DNA from: Selaginella moellendorffii | Taxonomy: Eukaryota > Plantae > Lycopodiophyta | Reading direction: 5' to 3' | Length of the DNA stretch: 64,000 nt | Assembly: GCF_000143415.4 (NCBI RefSeq) | Contig: NW_003314296.1 | Coordinates: 849,645 to 913,644 of the forward strand | Shown here: in pieces, positions 50,265 through 62,789 of the stretch | Layout of the letters: each line of letters begins with the position of its first letter | How positions within the stretch are numbered: position 1 is the first letter of the stretch | Notes under the pieces: generated by a model | Databases searched by the model: none | What the model saw: only the letters and a program-made list of their open reading frames with translations | What the model was told of the DNA's origin: nothing | Program-made: the position numbers and the translations under genes

Positions 50265-52270
50265 GTTGGATTAGGTGCACTGCCAAGTGTGGGGGATGCC
50301 CTTGGGGTCGTAATCAATAACTTAAAGGTCTAGTAGATATAGTATTTATTAGTAAGCCCATTAAGATGCTTATGTGGGATTACTAAGTAATAATCAAGGA
50401 TAAGCTCCTTAGTAGATTAAGGAATGGTGTTCCTAATTCAAAGTGTTAATTTAAACTATTAGTAATGGTGAAACTTGGTCAAGGTAATTAAATAAATAGA
50501 AATGAGTTGTGACAATGCAATGGTATTGTGAGTCTAAAAAAGTAATCTCTAAAAAAAGATCTATAGGATGGTCACAAAGTAGGGTTATAGATAGAGCCCC
50601 TAACAGAAAATGGTAAAAGAGACTTATTAAAAGTGAACACTCTCTAGATTTGGCAAAGTAAAACCTTTGCTATGGAGCTGAAAGGATACCTCAAGAATAG
50701 AAATACTAATCTTATATTGCTTTGTGTAAAGATCAAAGGATAAAAGCAAAAAACTAGTGGCCTAGAATGGGCTATGGAAATTATTGAAAAAAATCCAAAT
50801 GATAAATTAGACGAGGAACACTTATGTCGTGGATGCTAATGGATTGTGGGAAAGGAAATATGTTTTTAAGGATGAATTTCCCAAATGCTCCAATATGGTG
50901 AAAGTGAAAACTCAAAGAAATAAAGTTGTAAGGTAACTAAATATTAGGGCTATAGAAGGCCCTAACACAAATATGGATAATTGGAACTTAATGCATACAT
51001 GAAATAAAAAAAAGGATGATAGTGCCCTCAAATAAAGAACTTTCTAGGATGGAGAAGTGGAGTTTACATAATATGTGCAATACAAGGTGTCGAAGGCACT
51101 GAGAAAATTAACTCGAGAAGTTAATATCAAAGTTCTAAAGTATGATGGTGATATTGATAGAGGTAGAAATTACTTTGGAATAAGTAATAAGATTGAGATA
51201 TAGAAAAGTGTTTGTAACAGATTTAGCAAAAACTAAATAAACAAAAGAAGAGAACCACCACATGTGATTTAATGAGACTCTAAATTGGAGAGATTATGCT
51301 CCTTAAAGGATGGGTAAGGCATGGTGAACCTTTGGTGTCAAACCATTAAAGAATATTGGTTTGGTGCTAAAGATGAAAATAATAATCCGTGACAAGGTTA
51401 TTTTATATGGTTTATTATTCGATAATGACATCAAACTTCATCTATGGGTGGTAAAGTTTTGAGACACAAATCTTTAAGCCCAAAAGTGGAGCCAAAAGTG
51501 TGCCACATAGTAGTGGTTGATATAGAAGTCTAACAAGCATAACATGTTTAGACTAAAAGCTCTAACTTGGAAAATCAAGAGTGGGAGTGGAACTCTGAAC
51601 AAAGTGCTTAAAGAATAAGCATAAAACAATCAGTGAATGAATCTTTAAAAAAAGATATAAAAATACAAGTGTTATGATACATGGAAGTGTCAAGATTGAG
51701 TCTAAAGAGTCTGAGATGGAATTCGAGAAGGAATTCGAGATGGAGTTTGAGATGGAGTCTGAAAAAGAGTCCAAGATGGAATTCAAGAAGGAATTCGAGA
51801 AGGAGTTCGAGATGGAGTCTAAAATGAAGTCCGAAAAGGAGCCCAAAATGGAGTCTGAGAAGGAGTCCAAAATGGAATTCAAAAAAGAATCCAAGTTAAA
51901 GTCCGAGAAAGAGTCAAAGATGGAGTCTGAGAAGGAGTCCAAGATGGAGTCCGAGAAGGAGTCCAAGTTAGAGTTCGAAAAGGAGTCAAAGATGAAGTTC
52001 GAGAAAGAGTCTAAGATGGAGTTCGAGAAGGAGTCCAAGTTGGAGTTCGAGAAGGAATCCAAGGAGTCTGAGATGGAATCCAAGATGGAGTTTGAAAAAG
52101 AGTCTGAGATAGAGTGAGAGAAGGAGTCTGAGATGGAGTCCAGGATGGAGTCTGAGACCGGGATCGAGACTGAAACCAAGACCAAAATTAAGACCAAGAC
52201 TGAGACCGGGACCAAGATGGAGATCAATACTGAGACCAAGACTAAGGTTGAGACTAAGATTGAGTCTGAG
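50265..52270 (+). mobile_element. Older degenerate retroelement (host of the young insertion), ending in a 12/24-bp tandem array at 51690-52270
   Basis: Reverse-complement homolog of 26230-28040; the array encodes ESKMEFEK-type repeats. Confidence 0.65.
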
Positions 52271-53289
52271 TACATAGGTTTCACTTCAATGTTTAGAGTG
52301 ATGTATCAACTCTTCCCATAGTTATACTTGTATTGTGGATTATTGATAGCTAATTGGTGGTGGATGACAATACATAAGACTTTGAAAAGGGTGATAAAAC
52401 ATGCCTTAGATGCTACATATGGTGAGATCTTGATGTTTCAGATCCTCGTGTCCAAGATGCAACTCGATTGCCCTTGCACATTTGCTTTGCTCCATAGGTT
52501 TGGAACGAGTGCATAAATATAGCACACATCACCACTCCACTATAGGTAGTGTTCGCTAAACTCTATGTGGAGTGTGTTACATAATAATATATATGGCTAG
52601 TGTATCCTTGGGACAATGTAGGTTGGCACTAGGTATATGCATCACACACTCTTTGTAAAATTGGAGACAATTACCAATAATTTATGCACAGGCTTTTACC
52701 ATTGTATGATATCCACCACAATGCCTACTAGCACTCAGTTTGTGGACATCATAAAAGACATTTGTGACTTTGCAGCAAGTTAGTCTCACCCTTTAAAAAT
52801 CATCACATCTTTCATATTTGCTTACAAGCACTCGGTGGTGAAGATGAGTATGGTTCTGTGCTTTTTTTAAGGTAGTAGTGATTATACTTCATCACTTTGT
52901 GGTCTTTGCTAGCGGCCCAATAGATTGCTATTAAGGTCTTCCCTTATCAAACCACCATTACCACCACATATGGAGCCAAGATGAAGATCTGCTCCTCTAC
53001 CGTATGAGAGGTTCATTGTGATATGGAGCAATTTTGTGTACAAGATAAAATATGTAATCACCCCTCTTTAAATGGTTTGACATAAAAGTCTATTTTAAAT
53101 ATATAATATAAAAATAGATATATCATGAACTATTCACAACTTCAAGTAGCATCCTGCCTGCTTCCAGTTCCAAAAGTCATATGGTATTACTCCAAGGACA
53201 TAAAGGAAGGGTGCTTGGGATGCTCATTCAACCTCTAGCATGTATGTGTGGTAAACATAGTATGTTTACTAGGTTGATGTTATGGTAGG

Positions 53290-53762
53290 CATGTGGGGAT
53301 AGAGAAAAATGCAACACTTGAGTCTAGGGCTTTATGTCTGATCATCATACTCCGAGGAACTAGGATGAGAAACATGGGCAATTGAAAGGGCTTGATCGAT
53401 TTGGTTTGCAAGCTATTTGCATTGTGGAATATTATGTTTCTTTTGTGCATTTTTGCTTGCAGCTGCACAAAGTGGATAGATCATTGGATTTAATTGTGCT
53501 AAAAAATTCGAATAACCACTTTAGTGGGGTTTGGAAGGAAATTACATAAATTTTTTAGGTGTAAATTTGCTTTTTCTCTCTTTGCTGTGTGGATAAGAAG
53601 AGTTTATCTGGGTGAGAAATTGTTACTTTATGTGACTCGTTGAGAACAAAATACTGTAGATTTTATTTTTCTTTTTCACAATTTTTTATGAGCAGCCAGC
53701 TTTATTTTGTAATGTGCTTGGAGCTCCATGCTAGATAGGGTATAAGCAGTAAAAAGTAAGGG
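53290..53762 (+). repeat. Inverted copy of 56822-57245 (upstream region of the papain-like gene)
   Basis: Shared blocks AGTCTAGGGCTTTATGTCTGATCATCATA, TTTGGTTTGCAAGCT, GAGCTCCATGCTA and AGCAGTAAAAAGTAAGGG. Confidence 0.85.
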
Positions 53763-54235
53763 AAGAGCAGAAAATCCCCGGGATTTCCTCCCACGATCTG
53801 CTCTGAAGATCATACAAGGGTAAAAACATACCCTCCTTACACTTAATGAACTTAATTATAAAAATTCTTACAATTAAATTCTCTAGCTTAATTGTAATTG
53901 GCAGGATCTTTAAATTATGCAGTTAGATTTAGCCTAATTAAATGGTCCATTAATGGAATTATGCGGAAAGACACATTAGGCAATTAGCCCCATTAAACTA
54001 CTTTAATTTTAACTTAATGTAGGTTCTATTTCAATTTAATTTTCTTGGAACACAATTCAGTGTCAATTAAAAAGGCTAGAACAAAAGCCAGCGAGGCTTT
54101 CAGATCAAAATAACTTTCGAGCTGGACCTAATAGATTTATCAATTTCCAGTTAGGACACCTTATATGTTAGCACTTCAATTCTCTACTTAAAGCTTTTTC
54201 TTCCTAGGCCTTATTTCATAGTACTTATATCTATA

Positions 54236-55112
54236 TCATGGCTTTTCCCATAATCAAAGGTGTTTTTCCATGTCATATAAATAAACATTTCCATCATCTT
54301 CAGCCATCAATACCAACTTACTGTGTCTGTTCTTCAGTGCAAATCTCCATACCTCTTTCACCGAACTGAAAATGTATAATCCACTTGATCTTAAAGATAA
54401 GTAACAACCTTCACCTCTTCCATTTGTGTCTGCCACCCACAATACAACATGAACTTCATAAAAAACCAGATTGCAATCTTTTTGCATAATCAGTTTAAAA
54501 ATTCCGTTTGGTGATATGATTGTATTACCTTCCATTATGTAATTTCCAAATGCTTGTGATTCTTCAAAAATGGAACTCATAATGCTTGAACTATATACCT
54601 AGCAATCAACATCACCATCATATACAAATTGACTCTGTAAGTTCAAAGGAGAAGGAAAGGTTTTATTTTGGATTGATGAAGGAATTCGATATCTTGAACG
54701 TTTGGAATATTCCAGTGATACATGTCTAAAAGTTCCAATTACAGTTCCAAAGTTTCTTATAGAACCATCTTGAATAACAGCAGCTGCAAGACCCATAAGA
54801 AGTCCTTTAATTAGATCACCCCAAACATACCCTAGGACACGATAAGCACGACAAACACGACAGTTCCATGGGCATCCTAATGATTGTGAAAAAATTGAAA
54901 ATGTATATTGTATAGTTGTTAGCGGAACTGTGTTCGACCAACTACCAACACGTTGAGGACCATCTGGTATAGTTTGAATTACAGAATCAACGTGTTGACG
55001 AAATGATTCAATGCCTTCAACACTGATCCCTAATGGATCTGCAACATAATTAATGGTTTGACAATAGAAAATATATCATTATTACAAAGGAAAATATTGT
55101 GATTATTTTCAC
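54236..55112 (-). pseudogene. Unknown-domain + B-lectin gene with a frameshift in the signal peptide and in-frame stops
   Basis: KIITIFSFVIMIYF/YCQTINYVADPLGISVEGIESFRQHVDSVIQTIPDG...DVDC*VYSSSIMSSIF...MQKDCNLVFY...AEDDGNVYLY...HL*LWEKP*; the two listed ORFs are in one frame across the TAG at 54601-54599. Confidence 0.7.
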
Positions 55113-55808
55113 TTCAAACAAATTATCAATATAATTAATATCCAGCCTAACCCTCTATGTATATACAAACGTTGATGACAAGAAAATTCATATGCTGGGA
55201 GCATAGTCGATTTCTTAGCCATCAAGAAGTGACGGAGTCTGAGATTTGAGCTTTGTTCAACCTGAAATAAAGGTTCTGATCTGAAAAAACACATTCATCT
55301 TATTTTTGTCCTGTATTTGTTTCAAATATTTGACTCAGCTAGTCCATCTGATTTGTTTTATACTTTTGTTAAAACCTAAATTATAACAATAAGCTAAATT
55401 AATAATAACTTTAATGAGAATTAAAGGCACTAACTGCAGCTACAAAAAACTAGCCTAAACAAACTCGTGTTCGCTGTTGGAACGAGTGCTAATACGTATG
55501 TGTCATCGCAGCCCCATTGCAGCTCAAAATCCCATGCTCTTGAGCGACCAATCCCTATTCGCTTCTTCTTCCTTGCACAATCCTGCCTGCTGCTTCTGAA
55601 TTTGAATGCGAAGGAGATGAAGCTAGCAGCAGCTAACAAGTGAGGAGGCACTCATCGCAACGCCCTGCAGTGTGCCTTGGCACTTCTTAACAAAGTACTT
55701 GTTTATGAGGTCTTTGGTTTGATGCGGAGTCTCGTTAGTTAAGAGGTTTAGCTAGAGAGATACATTTAGAAGCAAAACAAATTACATTCTGCAAAATGTT
55801 AATCGATC

Positions 55809-56664
55809 TCAAAAGTTTGCCACATGGAATATTTCACCGAATCCGGAGCGTTTATCCCCAAAATGGATGTAAAACAATCCACTGTCACCATAGCTCTCAC
55901 CGTGTGAATTTAGCAAAGTCCATAGCCGCTCCTTCCACTTGAAGCCGACAACAAGAAGACAATGCTTGAACTCTTGCTCGTAGTCTCCAACATACACGTA
56001 GTTGTTATCCAAACTGTCTCGTCCCCAATCACGGCACTTCACAGCAGTTACTGCAGGCCCACGGTGAGTCAACCAGCTGGCAAACGCAAGGATCGCAGAC
56101 TCATCAACAAGATTACCAATGTCCACTCCCATATTGGCCACCCTTTTGAGCCGAAACTTCTCAGGGTCCCCATACAACCACTTGTCATAAGCGATCTCCA
56201 ACCTCGACCGGTTACGTGCCTGATACTGCCGGTAGTTTGCAGCCCTGGGAACTCCAACGTTGGTAAGGAAGTCCAAGCAAGCTCCGGGAGATCCGCCCTC
56301 ACAAGAAACTGTAAAGCCAATGGAGCCGAGGAACTTAGTCTTCAAGCTGTCTTTAGCCTCAAAGCCTGGCTCACAAAAGTCATTACAAAACTGGATGCTT
56401 AACAACTCATTATGCCCTGCGATTTTTATCAGACTTTCCATCAGGCCAATCGAACAAATCACCCAACAATCCCGCAGCCCCAATGTAGTTTTCCAGTTGA
56501 TAGATGGCGCTGCAACTGCCACGTCAACCGATGAGTCAGCCACCAGAAGCATGAGACTAATGGATCCAAAAATGCAAGTTGGATTATCATTTTTGCATCA
56601 GTGGTGTCCTTGTTGTTGTGGTGATTCCGCTCACTGGCCTTGCCTTCTTCTTTTCTGCGGCCAT
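55809..56664 (-). CDS. Divergent papain-family (C1A-like) cysteine protease without signal peptide or propeptide; probable frameshift at about 56592
   Basis: DCW (catalytic Cys), SCEGG, KHCLLVVGF (His), LLNSHGESYGDSGLFYI (Asn). The ORF from ATG 56552 is intact; the upstream ATG at 56664 joins it only if one A is removed, as in the copy at 63.2-63.4 kb. Confidence 0.7.
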
Positions 56665-57489
56665 TCAAGGTCTCTGATTATGGTTGCCTTCATTGCATGT
56701 GTGATGCCATCACAACTCCATGTATTTCAGGTAATTGGCGAGGGATGAGGTTGTCTCCTTGATTGCGAGGATTATATGTGTTTCCTGTCCTAGTCGATCT
56801 GGGGCAAGATTTGTACTTTGAGCCCTTACTTTTTACTGCTCACACCCTATTTAGCATGGAGCTCAGCTACGTCAAGGATCCCACATTACAAAAAGCTGGC
56901 TGCCCATAAACAAATGCGAAAAAGAAAAATAAAGTCTGACAGTATTTTGCTTCAGTAACCCAATTTAGCTAAGAGACACAAAAAGGCAAATTACACCTAA
57001 AACATCTATGCAATTTCCCTCTAGTCCCAGCTAAAGTGGTTGCCATTCAAATGTTCTAGCACTATTAAATTTAGTGATCTATCCACTGTGAAAAATGCAC
57101 AAAAGAAACATAAATATTCTATAGTGCAAAGAGCTTGCAAACCAAATTGATCAAGACCTTTCAACTTGTCTCGGTTTCCAAATATGATGATCAGACATAA
57201 AGCCCTAGACTTGTGTGCTGTCACATTTTTCTATTTCCCCACATGTCCAATAACAGTTTCAGATTCTCATTAGCAGATTTATTTTTTTAGAAAAAATAAA
57301 TATTTTATAGAAAATTAAATATAAAATATTAATGGATATTTCCTAATTATCCATAAGCTCTATATTATTTTATAACTTACATATGTTATTATACTTACAC
57401 TATAGTTAAATCAAATATAATTTAAACATATACATATATATACATATACATATATACATATATACAATTAAACTTAGTTTTAGTTTAGG

Positions 57490-58311
57490 GAATACGTAAT
57501 AAAAATATTGGGGAGAAAATAATACTTTAAATTACCAAGAAATGAATGAAATATTTAGATCAGGCTTTCATGAAATTTTGATGTGTATTAATACATCTAT
57601 TGAATATAATTCAAATGATATCTATTATGATTTTCAAGCAATAGATTTTGGTAGAGGCTCTAATAGTAAAGGATAAAATGGTATATTTCATGGTTATCAA
57701 ATAAGAGATAGTTTAAAACATTTAATATGTTTAGAAAACATATGTATATTGCAGGTTCTAGTTTATTTAGTGTTACTGGTCTACATTATTCCTTTGCATA
57801 TAATGCTTTTTATTGGTGGAATAATTCAACAACTTTAAATTCTTTACAAGAAAAAATTAGATATATTGAATCAAATAACCTAAATTGCTACATAAAATTA
57901 ACAACTTTATATGGTGGATTTCCTAATAATTTTCTCATGACAGATTCTTTACTTGTATCTCCAAATGGTAAAAATATTTTATTATTAAGATCAAATTGTA
58001 AACTTGAGCTTTATTCTGGAAAAATCTCTATATGAGTATCCCCAAATAAAGAAGAATATTATAGTTTATGTAAGCTAATACTTCAAATTGATGGAAATTT
58101 AGTTTTATATAATGAAAAGAAAAAGGTAGTCTGGTCCATTAATAAATATTGTAAGCATTCATATTGTTTACAAATTACATATTTAACTATACAAGATGAT
58201 TGTAATATTGTTATATACAATGGAAGGGTACCAAATTATCCTTGGTGGGATTCAAAAACTTATAAACATCCATATTGTATAAATAATTATAGATTTATTT
58301 TAAATTTATAA
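57490..58311 (+). pseudogene. Paralog of the 2026-2933 unknown-domain + B-lectin gene (stop at 57674, frameshift ~57725, TGG>TGA at 58033)
   Basis: YWGENNTLNYQEMNEIFRSGFHEILMCINTSI vs FGNNNTLTRNEIGMIIDEGIQLIHNRISTSI; SPNGKNILLLRSNCKLELYSGK; QIDGNLVLY; QDDCNIVIY. The 5' end is uncertain. Confidence 0.8.
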
Positions 58312-59213
58312 TAATAATAATAATCATTATGATAAGATTTATTAATATTTAATTTTAAGCTTATAGGGAAATGACTAATAGGGAAAAAAGGAAAACTATT
58401 CTTAGTATCCCTATTGCCAAATCTTATTACCCATTCCTTATATGAGAACCTACTATAACTTGTATTCATGCCTCACCTAAAATAAGCAACTTCAAAATTA
58501 GTATTGAGGTCAATTAAATATTCTTAGTTGGAATAGGATGATATATTACATTTTTTATGTAAAATAAAAAATTGAATTTAAAAAGGTTAATATACTCCTT
58601 TTGGAGCTAATTAACAGTCATATCATCATGATGAACTAAAAGTATTTATCTACATAGAGAAGTAGAGTTAAAATAAACATGATAGAGTGACTCACTCTAT
58701 TCAGTGTTTCATTGTCTTTTTAACTTCTGATGCAGAAATGTTTAAGCTGTCTGGTTGTTGGAGAAGCTCCTCTAGCACCCAGATCAAGCTCCATTGAAAC
58801 ACCTCTGCCACTTTCAAGCGGATATGGCCCTGCAGCTCCGGCGTACTGATTCCCAGCCTGGAGATACGCGATGACGGGATCCTCGGAATTTCGCATTTGT
58901 CCTGTCTCTCGCCAAGTCTGGTGTTGGGCTTTAGCTGCCATGGTGGTTGTGGGGAATTTTTATGGATACATAGACTACCGCCAACATCTTGGTTGCTCTT
59001 GACCACCTTAAGCTGCCACTGCCAGTAGAGTTTGCACGGGACATGGAGCGTGATCGAGCAAGAATGGGAGATCAAGCTTGGCAGACAGGAAGATCATCGT
59101 CAAGGCCATCGTCCAGAGAGGTCTGGAAATCATCTCGAGGTGAGCAGGCGCTCATCGCAGGAGCCGCATCGCATGCGATTCTTCAGTTTGAATTTAAGTT
59201 TTGCTAAAATATA

Positions 59214-61746
59214 CTACGAAATTCTAGGTATATCCACTATCGTTAGACCTTTACTTATTTTTCTGGAGAGAATCTCTTGGACTCTTGCAGCTTTCCCTCG
59301 CTCTCCTAGGACGCTGTAAACATTAGAAAGCAGCACATAAGGCCCAGCTTCGTCACAGCCCGGCATGTCAATTATCAAATCACCAATGCTCGAGGCTCTA
59401 GTGAGATCGCCATGTATGCAACAGGCATTCAAGAGTGCCGTCCAGCTGCTAGAATCCGGCAAAAACGGCATGCACTTGATCAATTCCTGTGCAGCTTCCA
59501 ACCTCCCAGATCGGCCCAGCAGATCGATCAAGCACCCAAAATGCTCGCAGATTGGATCAATCATGAAGTCCACTTGCATCGAGAGAAAGTAGCCTCGAGC
59601 GGTCTCCACAAGCCCCGCGTGGCTGCAAGCTGATATGGCGGCCACAAACGTCACGGCATCCGGTATGAAACCCTGCTGCTGCATGAGCCCAAAGCACGTC
59701 AAGGCTGACATGTTATGCCCATTCTGGGCATATGCCGTTATCATGGCGCTCCAGGCTTTGTGCGCATGCCATGAAAGATCGTGGTAGCCTCGGATATGTT
59801 GCCACATTTCCCGTAGACGTTTACAAGCCCAGTGGCGACGCTCACGTCGGAGAGGAATCCACTCTCGAGGATCATCGCGTGGAGAGCTCTCGTCTCTCGC
59901 AGCGATGAAATCCCTAAGAGGGCTTCCAGTGCACCAACAAAGGTGAAGTTATTCGCATGAAAGCCATCCAAGTTGAGAGTTCTGTAAAGCAGCCATGCGT
60001 CGCTGTAGTGGCCATTTTGGGCAAATGCGAGAATCATCGTGTTCCATGACACGATGTTCTTCTCTTGCATCTTGTCAAAGATACACTTTGCTTGCTCCAG
60101 CTTGAGAACCTGGGCATATCCCAGCATCATTGTGTTGTTTGAGACAACATCCCGGTCTGGCATTGTCGAAAGCATCTTCTCGGCGTCATCTATGAGCCCG
60201 TTTTGGACGTTCATGGTTATCATCAGGTTGAAAGAGACTGTATTTTTTTCCTTCATTTGTGAGAACATCCTCTTGGCTGCCTCAAGATGCCCGTTTTGAG
60301 TATACGCATAGAGCATAGAGTTGCATAGCATGACATCGTGTTGATCCGCATTGTCAAACACAAGTTTGGCGCTGTCCAGATTCTGGCACCTCGCCATTGC
60401 CACTAATGCGGTAGCAATCGCAACTTGGTGTGTAAACTCCATTTCCTCGACAATTGAGAGGACCATTCTTCCCAGATCGGTGTTTCCGATGTTAGAACAG
60501 CAAGAAGTGTCACTCGGTTTGGACGAAGTCCCTCGACATCCATTCTCATCAGCAGCTTGATGGAATTCTCTCCACGCCCGTTTTGGGCATTTGCAAAGAT
60601 GATGGTGTTCCAAGATATCAGATTCGGCAGCGGCATTCGATGGAACAAGTCCGTGGCTTCCTCCAAATCCCCGCTCTGGCCAAACGCCGCAATCAGCGTG
60701 TTCCACGTAGAAGCGTTTTGCATGGGCATAAAATCAAACATTGCTCCTGCTTCATAAATCCGTCCACCCTGCACGAAAGCCGCCAACATTGCATTCCACG
60801 TAACATCGTTTCGCTGTGGCGCCCGTTCAAATATTTCTCTCGCTTCTTCAAGATGCCCATTCTGGGCATATGCTGCAACCATTGTCGTCCACGACACGAC
60901 ATTCTTTTGCGGCATTTTGTCAAAGATCTCAGTGGCTTTCTCGACCCGACCAAACTTCCCGTACATGCTAACGCAGGCAGTGGCCACGGAGACATGCGCC
61001 ATGAGGCCCAAATCAACGACATCATCATGGAGCTGTCGCCCCGTCACCTGGCAGCCGACAGTGGAACAGCAATTTATGCTGCTGATGAATGTTATGTTGT
61101 CGAGCTGAAGGCCCTCCAAATCCATGTTTCTGAGCATCTCAAGATCCTCGTAACAATACCCAGCTTGGGCATATGCTGTGATCATCGCGTTCCATGAAAT
61201 CCTATCCTTTTCGGGAATTTCATCGAAGATTTCTTTCGCTAGCGAGACTTCCCCGGTGGATGCATAAGAGTAAATCATGGCAGTCCACGACACATCTGTT
61301 CTTCCAGGCATCAGATCAAAGAGATTCCTTGCGCCGTAAAGATGCCCGTTTTGGGCAAGTGCGCCAAGCATGATGTTGTATGAGAAAACGTTCCTGGGAC
61401 GAATTCTCGCAAAGAGACTCCTTGCTTCGTCCAATCCACCGCAAGCGCCAAACATCCTCACGGCTAGATTGTTGAGGACCAGCTCTGAGTTGTATCGATC
61501 GCGTAGGATCAAGGCATGGATCCGCCGTGCCGCGGCGAGGCATCTGGCGGCGCTGCATTGAGCTAGGAGCGAGCTGTAGAGGGTGAAATCTCCTCGGATC
61601 TCGCGGATTTTTGGATTTTTGGTCGAGGGATTTTTGGAGCTGGGTCTTTGCGAGATCTGGCACCGATTGATCCTTGGAAGAGAGGTGGATCCCGAGAGAA
61701 GGAAATCGTTGCTGCGGGTTTCTCTTCTTCTTCGAGCCAAGAACAA
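59214..61746 (-). pseudogene. PLS-class PPR gene (E subgroup) broken by two frameshifts (~60490 and ~59765)
   Basis: Three overlapping ORFs (60403-61746, 59741-60706, 59214-59807) each carry PPR motifs in series and end with E motif IDLLGRSGRLEAA...PYVLLSNVY. Confidence 0.8.
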
Positions 61747-61850
61747 GGATCATTCAAAGGATTCGTTGAAACTTTGACTCTAACACGTGGCAGTTTGACT
61801 GTGAGATGTGGACTTAAGATGAAGCCTAGCGGAAGAACAACACCGCGGCT

Positions 61851-62789
61851 ATGGCGATCCAGCTCTACAGCCTTGCCACTCCAAATGGCAGGAAGGTATT
61901 GATCACAGCCAAGGATTTTCTCTTGTTTGATCGGAGTTTGATCTAAACGATCAGGTGAGCATTGCGCTCGAAGAAATGGGGCTTGACTACGAGCCGCACA
62001 CAATTAACATCCGAAACAACGAGCAGTTCCATCCGGACTTCGTTGCCATCAATCCCAACTCCAAAATCCCCGCAATCGTCGATCCAAATGGCCCAGGTTT
62101 GCTGCTCTTTTGATCGCTTGTCTTTTCGATCTTTCTAATTTGGATTCGCTATCCAGATGGAAAACCCATGAATGTCTTCGAGAGTGGAGCGATTCTTCTC
62201 TATCTGGCGGAGAAGACGGGCAAGTTCATCTCGCAAGATCCCAGGCTAAAGTGGGAGACAATCCAGTGGGTCTTCTTCCAAATGGCAGGCGTTGGCCCAA
62301 TGTCCGGCCAGGTTAGAGAAACTTGTGAATTCCTAGATTTCATGGATCATCGTTGTGTTCTTCGTTGATGCATGGGTTTTGTTCTCGTATCTTGGTGTTC
62401 TTGGTGTTCTTGGCCTTGTTTATCTTGTTTGGGATTTTGTTCTTCATGTTCTTGAGCTCTCATTTGTTTCTTTCTTTCATTAGTTTGGGCACTTCTACTT
62501 CCATGCCAGGGATAAGTGCGATCATCCATACCCCCTGGAGCGTTACTCCACCGAGGTGAAGCGCCTGATGGGAGTGCTGGAGAAGCGGCTTGAAGGGCGA
62601 GAGTTTTTGATAGATGGCGGCTACTCCATCGCAGACATGGCCACTTTCCCATGGATCTACTGTATCGAGGTTTCCTACAAGGGGGCGGAGGTCATAGGCC
62701 TCGAGAACTTCCCAAACGTCATGGCTTGGAAGGAGCGTTGCATGGAACGCCCGGCCACTGCCAAAGGTATGAAAGTGTGTAAGTTCTAA
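61851..62789 (+). CDS. Glutathione transferase, Ure2p/Nu (YfcG-like) class; exons 61851-61895, 61955-62096, 62157-62311, 62484-62789
   Basis: MAIQLYSLATPNGRK|VSIALEEMGL...INPNSKIPAIVD...FESGAILLYLAEK...QWVFFQMAGVGPMSGQ|FGHF...YSIADMATFPW; the TPNG motif is typical of this class. Confidence 0.92.

Noticed and set aside
52280-53050. Possible DNA transposon remnant
   Set aside because: No convincing transposase motif or terminal repeats.
58700-59210. GC-richer stretch with short ORFs downstream of the PPR pseudogene
   Set aside because: Possibly another gene ghost, but I could not assign a source or motif.
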